The notes beneath the pieces were generated by a model. It had not been told where the DNA came from. It worked only from the letters and a program-made list of their open reading frames with translations, and made no database searches. From Nitrospinota bacterium (GTDB lineage Bacteria; JADFOP01): 51,856 nucleotides of DNA. The stretch covers positions 1 to 51,856 of the forward strand of contig JADFOP010000011.1 in the NCBI GenBank assembly GCA_022562795.1. The letters run 5' to 3'. Positions within the stretch are counted from its first letter, which is position 1. Each line of letters begins with the position of its first letter. This document shows positions 45,888 through 51,856 of the stretch, one piece after another. The position numbers and the translations under genes are program-made.

Positions 45888-48800
45888 TTAATTTAGGTTG
45901 AGCCTGCGCGTAAGGTAGCGGAAGGGTCTTGTAGCGGCCCCCAGGACGCTGCCAACCGTCCCCTTTAGGTATGCCGCCTTCTCTTCAGCCGACATCGACT
46001 CGAGAAACCCCTGGAGGGCCTCCAAGCCCAGGAGAGATTGCAGGGTCTCTTGGATTTTGAATACCCTGGGTCGGAAGAACTCAATCCGCCTGTCATCGAT
46101 AGTTCCCGTGATGTGGGCAATCTCCACCCGGCTTGCTGACTCCAGGGTGTCGGGGATTTTATCGCGGAAGGGACGCAAACCTATGTTCTCGATGAGGTCG
46201 ACCACCACGAAGTAGTCAATCTCTCGGGTTCGGTGGTCCGTCCAGCCGTGCACGAAGAGGTTGACCGTCGGGGCCTCGAAGTGGATTCGGTTGCTCGAAC
46301 GCCCGGCCTTCCTGCGGGTCTCGATGAGGGCCCGATCGAAGGTGTAGTGGCTGAGGGTCAAGGTGGGAAATACCTGGCGGGTCTCTTGGGGTGTGGATGC
46401 GCTTACCACGTAGCCACGGTTGACCTCGACTGTGGAGGTTCCCTCAAGTGTCTCTTTCAGCCTGGCCGTATTGCCGAAGGAGGCTGCACCCTTGGCCGAA
46501 AGTTTCAGGGAGCCGGTCACGAAGAGGTTGGGGAAAACTCTATCTAGCAGCGCCCTTATATTAGGGTCCGCCCCCAGGCCCCACCAATCTACCGTCGCCT
46601 CGAGGGCCGGCTCAGGTCCTGTCAGATCAAAAGTGAGAACGTGATGGGCCTCGCCTCCAACCAAGCCGAAGTCAAGCAGGGGGACATGAATGACACCCTC
46701 GGAGCCGGTGACATCCATGGCCAGGTTGGTAACTCTGTAGGGATCGATGCGAAGCTCCTCGGCCTGAACCCTTCCGTGAAGCTGAACTCCTCCCATTATC
46801 TCAGTGGCGAGCTTTATCTTCCACGCGGCAGGTTCAGACTCGGTTGGCGGCTTGAGGTGAGCCCAGAGGTTCGTGAGATCAACCCGCCCGGCATCAACCA
46901 GGAATAACGCTCCCAGCCCGGAGGCTTTCTTCTCAACGGTCGCGGTGAGGGCGACCGGTTGGTCGTCTACGGTTAACAGGAGCCGCTCGGTAAAGAGGCT
47001 CGTTGGCGAGTGGGTGATGGTCCCATGTAGGCCCAGAGTAACGGCGGGCTCCTCGGCCAGGGTGAAAGAGGCGTTGTGGAAGTCGGCCGATCCATGGAGG
47101 GCCGCTCGTCCCTCAGCCCACTTCAGGTTTCCGCGGACCGCAATCCCCCCCCTGAGCGATTGGGTGGTCAGAGGCCTCCAGAGGGGGAATAACGTTGCCA
47201 GATCGCTAACGGAGCCCTCGTAAGTTAGGCTGGCGGTGGCCAAGTCCTCGGCCACACGGCCGGCGAAGCTCATTTCCACCGGGCCTACGTCCAAGCGGAT
47301 CTGGTCGAATTCCATCATCTCCCGCTCCAGCCGCCCGCCGGCCAGACGGAGGCGGGCCGGTAGGCCGGCGGCCTTGGATAAATCGGGGCCCCAGTGAACC
47401 TCCAGGGCGGTGGCGTCGACGTCAAAGTCCAACTCCATGGTCTCCTGGAAGCGGGCGACCGTCGCTTTAGCCTCCAATGACCCAGAAGTAGTTACCCCCG
47501 CAGGGAGCCAGAGGAGGTTTTGACCCAGGCGGCGCTTGAGCCCATCGACATCGATGTGCAGAGCCGCCTTAAGATCATATCGGGGCCTGATGGTTTGGAG
47601 GGGGAGCTTGCCCCTGAGCGAAGCGGCCGCCATGGGCAACCGCACCTCTGCATGACGTACCAAGAGGGTATGTTTCTTATATTCCAAGGTGGCTTCGACG
47701 ATTGCTGGTTCACCTTGGGCCTTCATCTCCATACCGCCTATCACGACACGCGCATCGGTTGCATCGAGCGTCCCGGCCAGGGTCAGTCCCTCCAGCAGGC
47801 CCCGCACGGTGAGCTCCGCTGTGACGTCGCCTGCGACGCTCACCGCCCTGGAGGAGGGAGGTTGGGAGGCGTACCACCGCTCCGCAAGAAGCTCGGCACT
47901 TGCCCGGCTCGTTACCCGAAGGTTCACGGAGGTTCGCTGGGGCTGCTCCCAGTTGACCATGCCTGTTAGATGAGTCTCTCCCTCCGGGGCCTTAAGCTCG
48001 ATCTGATGGATGGTCCACCGCTCGGCGACCCTTTCGAGGTTGAAGGCCAGGCGGGCAGGCTCACCCGGGGCCTTGAGCGCTAGGCCCGCTACCCGTACGG
48101 CGGCTGTCTCGAGATCAATGGAGCCCGAAACAGCCGTTCGCCCGGGACCAGCATTCAGCGTGGCCTCCCAGGTGATAGGACCCTCTATGTCCACCCCCTG
48201 GCTCGCCAACGCCTCCTGGGCCGTTCGCGGCAGCTTTTCGGGGATGAGCCTTCCCTGGATGGCGCCGTCGAAGGTCATGCCCTCTGGGGGCCGCTCCACT
48301 TGTCCTCTCACCTCCGCCTCCATCCAAGGGATTGAAAAGTGCAGCCGCTCAAGTCCAACCGCACCCGAGGCAACGTCGTACTGGCCCTTCAAGGATAGGG
48401 CCGCGTCGGTGAGCTCCACCGGCTGGCCGCCTGGCGCCTCCAAGCGGACCTGCCCGACGGTGAGGCTGCCTTCGACGTCCACCGCGTCCGTGCTCCGTCG
48501 GGCCAATGTAAGCTGGACGGTGGCATTGCGGACTAGGCCCGAAGCCAGAGGCGCGAGAGCCCCTTTAAGCTCCTCTGATGTGGTCGTCTCCCCCCAGTCG
48601 AACTCCTCCACCTTGATCTGGATAGCGCCCAGCAGAGCCCCCCAGGTCAGGCGCTCCGCCCCCTCAGCAAGGGAGAGCGTCCCTTCCAGCTCCACATTCG
48701 CCCGGTCGGAGGCATCGGGGACGCTGAAGGCGACCTGGAACCGGAGCGGCCCCCGGAGGCTCTCGAGGCGGCTAGTGAGATTTACGTTCCTCAGGGCCAG

Positions 48801-49310
48801 CCTTGGAGAGGCGTCGGGATTCATCAGGGTTACGGTGCCCTGTCTGACCTCAGCCCGCCCCACCATAAGGCCCAGAAGCCCCGAGCCAGATGTCAGTGGG
48901 AGGTCAAGTGCCGGGCGCCCTTCTTCTGAAAGAGGCACGAAGAGTTCTGGTTGGATGAATGTAGCATTCTCAACTGCGAGCTTGCCCCGAAACAGGGGGA
49001 CGATCTTCACCCCGAGGTCGAAGCTCGCCCACCGCACCAGGGGGATCGTCCGTTTCATGTTGCTCCAGATCACCACCTCATCTAGGCGAATGTGGCCCAG
49101 GCGGGTCACTCGAACCGCGCCGATGGACATGGGCCGATTCAGCGTCCCGGCGACAACGGTGGTGACCGCCTTCTCAATCCACGCTGTGGGGATGAAACGG
49201 GGCCATATCATGAAGAAGGCCCCGGCCAACAGGGCCACTGACAGGAGCGCGGCAACCAAAAAGGCGCGCCGTCGTCGGCGCGGGCTCCTTGAAGGTGTGA
49301 GTTCCGTCAT
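45888..49310 (-). CDS. Large AsmA-like (YdbH/YhdP-type) beta-taco envelope protein
   Basis: N-terminal TM anchor, AsmA-like N-terminus, ~1100 aa of beta-rich repeats, C-terminal HITGTIDD. Confidence 0.75.
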   Translation of the reverse strand: MTELTPSRSPRRRRRAFLVAALLSVALLAGAFFMIWPRFIPTAWIEKAVTTVVAGTLNRPMSIGAVRVTRLGHIRLDEVVIWSNMKRTIPLVRWASFDLGVKIVPLFRGKLAVENATFIQPELFVPLSEEGRPALDLPLTSGSGLLGLMVGRAEVRQGTVTLMNPDASPRLALRNVNLTSRLESLRGPLRFQVAFSVPDASDRANVELEGTLSLAEGAERLTWGALLGAIQIKVEEFDWGETTTSEELKGALAPLASGLVRNATVQLTLARRSTDAVDVEGSLTVGQVRLEAPGGQPVELTDAALSLKGQYDVASGAVGLERLHFSIPWMEAEVRGQVERPPEGMTFDGAIQGRLIPEKLPRTAQEALASQGVDIEGPITWEATLNAGPGRTAVSGSIDLETAAVRVAGLALKAPGEPARLAFNLERVAERWTIHQIELKAPEGETHLTGMVNWEQPQRTSVNLRVTSRASAELLAERWYASQPPSSRAVSVAGDVTAELTVRGLLEGLTLAGTLDATDARVVIGGMEMKAQGEPAIVEATLEYKKHTLLVRHAEVRLPMAAASLRGKLPLQTIRPRYDLKAALHIDVDGLKRRLGQNLLWLPAGVTTSGSLEAKATVARFQETMELDFDVDATALEVHWGPDLSKAAGLPARLRLAGGRLEREMMEFDQIRLDVGPVEMSFAGRVAEDLATASLTYEGSVSDLATLFPLWRPLTTQSLRGGIAVRGNLKWAEGRAALHGSADFHNASFTLAEEPAVTLGLHGTITHSPTSLFTERLLLTVDDQPVALTATVEKKASGLGALFLVDAGRVDLTNLWAHLKPPTESEPAAWKIKLATEIMGGVQLHGRVQAEELRIDPYRVTNLAMDVTGSEGVIHVPLLDFGLVGGEAHHVLTFDLTGPEPALEATVDWWGLGADPNIRALLDRVFPNLFVTGSLKLSAKGAASFGNTARLKETLEGTSTVEVNRGYVVSASTPQETRQVFPTLTLSHYTFDRALIETRRKAGRSSNRIHFEAPTVNLFVHGWTDHRTREIDYFVVVDLIENIGLRPFRDKIPDTLESASRVEIAHITGTIDDRRIEFFRPRVFKIQETLQSLLGLEALQGFLESMSAEEKAAYLKGTVGSVLGAATRPFRYLTRRLNLN

Positions 49311-49516
49311 AGGTCTGTCGGGCTCTCGACGGCCCGTCCCACGGTCGTTTTTCTAATATGGCGCAGGTCGGTAGGCTTGGTCATAACGGCGGTTTTGGAG
49401 AAGCCGAAGATGCGGCTCAACCGTGCCACGAGGTGCTTGAAGTAGGCCTCTTGCTCAGTCAAGGCGCGCCTGGAGGCTTTGGTGCGTGAGTGGGTCTCCT
49501 CCGCCCGGCAGACCAA
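49307..49516 (-). CDS. Possible small hypothetical protein
   Basis: Stop overlaps the AsmA start (ATGA), but the start codon is weak (TTG) and no motif is recognised. Confidence 0.25.
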   Translation of the reverse strand: MVCRAEETHSRTKASRRALTEQEAYFKHLVARLSRIFGFSKTAVMTKPTDLRHIRKTTVGRAVESPTDL

Positions 49517-49550
49517 GAGATCGGTGTGCAGGCGGTTGGCTCGAGCATTC

Positions 49551-49928
49551 TTACGACGGAGACCGACGTCGGGCTCCAGAGCGTTTGAGGAGGCTGCGCA
49601 TGCGGGCCTGCTCTAGGAGGTGGCGGGCCACCTCCTTATCCGCCATAGCCCGCAACACCTCCTCCTGGGCTTTTGTCAGGGGCTTGCTCTTAGTTGAGGC
49701 CTTCCGAGCCCGCACGCGGCGCGGGAAAAAGTCGGCCACTTCGCACTCGTAGCAGGCGGCCAGCTTTTCCAGCTTGGCGACGTTGATGTTTCTAAGGTCG
49801 TTCTCAATCTGCGAGAGATGCGAGACCCCGATCCCCGTTTGCTCCTCGACCTTCTTTAGGGTCATCCCCTTGGTGTCACGCATACGGCGGAGAGTCTTTC
49901 CGATGACTCTTTTTGTTGCCCCCTTCAT
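49551..49928 (-). CDS. XRE-family HTH transcriptional regulator (repressor-like)
   Basis: LRRMRDTKGMTL...GIGVSHLSQIEND...LEKLA; GGAGG SD. Confidence 0.88.
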   Translation of the reverse strand: MKGATKRVIGKTLRRMRDTKGMTLKKVEEQTGIGVSHLSQIENDLRNINVAKLEKLAACYECEVADFFPRRVRARKASTKSKPLTKAQEEVLRAMADKEVARHLLEQARMRSLLKRSGARRRSPS

Positions 49929-50027
49929 TGCCGATCCTCCCCCTAATCAGATTGCTGTTTACGAATGAGAGTGTCACAGTTTACCATTGGCACCCAAAAG
50001 AAAAGTCCCGCGGTGATTAATAAATGT

Positions 50028-50057
50028 TTGACAGCATGGCCAAAACTATTTATAGTT
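50028..50057 (+). promoter_or_regulatory. Near-consensus sigma70 promoter with an overlapping palindrome
   Basis: TTGACA-N17-TATAGT; AACTAT-TT-ATAGTT palindrome (50044-50057) covers the -10. Confidence 0.65.
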
Positions 50058-50096
50058 AATAGTAACATTAAGAGGCCAAGTCACCAGGGGGTGCTT

Positions 50097-50309
50097 ATGA
50101 TTGGATACATTCTTCGCGCCTACAAAGACGAGCATGGGTTGACCGTCCGCCAATTCGCCGGGCTGTTGGATGAGCACTACTCCACAATCAGCCTTTGGAT
50201 GAACGGTAAACGGGAACCCAACATGCAGCAAATCCGAAAGATTCGGGAGGTCACCGAGGTGCCTTACGAGCAGCTCCTCGGTGAGACCACTCGCTCCCGT
50301 CCCATTTAA
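50097..50309 (+). CDS. Small Cro-like XRE HTH protein (70 aa)
   Basis: GLTVRQFAGLL...STISLWMNGKREPN...IREVTEVPYEQLLG. Confidence 0.85.
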   Translation: MIGYILRAYKDEHGLTVRQFAGLLDEHYSTISLWMNGKREPNMQQIRKIREVTEVPYEQLLGETTRSRPI

Positions 50310-50362
50310 GCTCCGTTCCACCGAGGTTTTCTCGCCGGGGTGGCCTGAATTCACCAGCGCGC

Positions 50363-51073
50363 CTATTTCTTCACCCACTGGCCGTCGGGCAGCTGTATCC
50401 ATGTGCCCGGCAGTGAAAGACGGCGGCGTACGGCGGCCAATTCTCGCCACGTGGCCGGCATCTGGGCGATGATGAGCTTCTCGACGGGCTCCACCCCGTT
50501 GATGGCGACCACCGCCGTGGCCATCGCGCGCGCGATAATGCGCCGGTCGTCGTTCTCGTTGGAGACCCGCGCCAGAATTTCCCGGTTCACATCTCGGCGG
50601 TCGGTGATAAATGCGACCCGCCCATCCTTTGCCTCGCCGATGATTTCGTCCATCTTCCACTCTCGGATGAACGGCTCCCTGCTTTTACGACTGCTTAAGG
50701 CCTCCCTAAGCTCCGGCATGCGGCTCAATTCCTCGATGAGCGCTAGCTCGGGGTCGGGGGGCAACGTGGGCCGGGAAACCTCTTGGGCGCAGGCCGTGCC
50801 GACCAGCCACCACCATATGGGCGCCTTAGGGCAGTTGGGGTCCACGGTCGGCTCCAGGCCCGCTGTGGCGCCGATTCGTCGAGAGGTAAGGCCCTCGACG
50901 GCGGATGATGTCCGTCCAAGCAGCGAGGGCTCCGTCTCCAGCCGCTCTAAGACTGCCCGGACGGCCTGGTTGGGAAACTGGACGCGCCCGGTGATAACAG
51001 CGCACGCGACCATCCCCAGGACCGCGAGGGCGCTCAAGGGCAAGAGAGAATGATGGAGTGAGGGTCGTCGCAT
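50363..51073 (-). CDS. DUF1318 (YdbL-like) lipoprotein with a YnbE-like N-terminus
   Basis: Lipobox-like MVAC, IGEAKDG, ENDDRRII, GTWIQLPDGQWVKK. Confidence 0.8.
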   Translation of the reverse strand: MRRPSLHHSLLPLSALAVLGMVACAVITGRVQFPNQAVRAVLERLETEPSLLGRTSSAVEGLTSRRIGATAGLEPTVDPNCPKAPIWWWLVGTACAQEVSRPTLPPDPELALIEELSRMPELREALSSRKSREPFIREWKMDEIIGEAKDGRVAFITDRRDVNREILARVSNENDDRRIIARAMATAVVAINGVEPVEKLIIAQMPATWRELAAVRRRLSLPGTWIQLPDGQWVKK

Positions 51074-51283
51074 GGACTGCCGCTCCACGTTCGAAAGACG
51101 CTAAGACCCTGCGCCCTCTGCCGTTTGGGGCTACGGGGTCTCGTGTCGAAGGGCCCGCCATGGTCCTGCGCACTGAAGCCCTGCCTCGGGTGGAAGGGCA
51201 TCTTACCATCCGGTGCGGAGAGGGTCAACGCGCCCGGTCGCTCGCTCATAAGTTGGGGGAGCCCCGTCCCCAATGAAGCCTTG

Positions 51284-51856
51284 TTAGTCCCGAAGCCACT
51301 CTCTGAGCTCAGGTTCTTTGGGAAAAAGGGCGAAAAGGCCACCGGTGTGAATGAAGAGGATACGGCGGCCAAACCGGGCGGGGTCGGACTCGAGCTCCTT
51401 AAGGAGGCCGAAGAAGGCCTTGCCCGTGTAGACAGGGTCTAGGAGCAGGCCCTCGGTGCGCGCTACTTCAACTAAGGCCGACCACTCCACGGGACGATTC
51501 TTACCGTAGCCTTCTCCCACGTAGCCGTCAACCAACTCCATCGCTTCGGGCCCGCCACCTACATTCAGCCCGAGGTGGACTCGGGCCTCTTCGAGAATGG
51601 AGCCGATGATGCGGGTAAAGGTTTCGGCGTCGTCGCAGACGGGGATCCCCACGACGGCGGGCCGGAAGCCGTAGAGGGCTTGGCCCATGAGGAGGCCCGC
51701 TGACGTTCCTCCACTGCCCACGGCGTGGATTACTGAGTCGAAGGAGAGCCCATCTCGCTCGCACTGGCCCATGACTTCGGGCACCCAGTGGGCGTAGCCG
51801 CACGCCCCGAGAGCGTTCGAGCCCCCGTCCGGTATGAGGTAGGGCCGTCGTCCCGA
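51284..51856 (-). CDS. D-cysteine desulfhydrase/ACC deaminase-family PLP enzyme, 5'-truncated by the window edge
   Basis: Frame is open to the window end: PYLIPDGGSNALG, GSGGTSAG, LDPVYTGKA, FIHTGG. Confidence 0.9.
   Translation of the reverse strand, partial: SGRRPYLIPDGGSNALGACGYAHWVPEVMGQCERDGLSFDSVIHAVGSGGTSAGLLMGQALYGFRPAVVGIPVCDDAETFTRIIGSILEEARVHLGLNVGGGPEAMELVDGYVGEGYGKNRPVEWSALVEVARTEGLLLDPVYTGKAFFGLLKELESDPARFGRRILFIHTGGLFALFPKEPELREWLRD

Noticed and set aside
49551-50309. Intact prophage or toxin-antitoxin module
   Set aside because: No structural, replication, integrase or toxin genes flank the two HTH genes.
1-51856. CRISPR array, rRNA, transposase
   Set aside because: No regularly spaced repeats, rRNA-like sequence or DDE/HUH motifs were seen by eye.

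Overview
GC-rich bacterial chromosomal region, mostly housekeeping and cell-envelope genes. The gene content resembles Nitrospinota/Desulfobacterota-like uncultured lineages, but taxonomy cannot be fixed from this window. Core genes: zapA and a zapB-like gene, pheT, pheS, serS, tRNA-Arg(CCG), queG, a PiT phosphate transporter with its DUF47 partner, a ZnuABC-type transporter, several proteases (S41, an M16 pair, M48), a DnaJ-like protein and two AsmA-like proteins. Main points of interest: (1) a TlpA/thioredoxin-like gene split by an in-frame TGA exactly at the first redox position (U-P-W-C), followed by a SECIS-like hairpin, so very likely a selenoprotein, and translationally coupled to an M48 protease; (2) an AT-rich two-gene cassette (two-domain multicopper oxidase plus a ZIP transporter with an extra N-terminal domain) divergent from a DtxR/MntR regulator, with TTAGG/CCTAA operator-like sites; (3) a CI/Cro-like divergent HTH pair with no phage genes, lying between an AsmA-like gene and a YnbE-YdbL-like gene; (4) several apparently dead or altered enzymes (trypsin-like, TIGR01212-like radical SAM, an SDR with His for Tyr); (5) a bacterial DRG-type GTPase; (6) two small ORFs missed by the ORF track and a palindrome-rich AT-rich intergenic element. 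No CRISPR array, rRNA, integrase or transposase was seen. All family assignments come from motif recognition by eye, not database searches.
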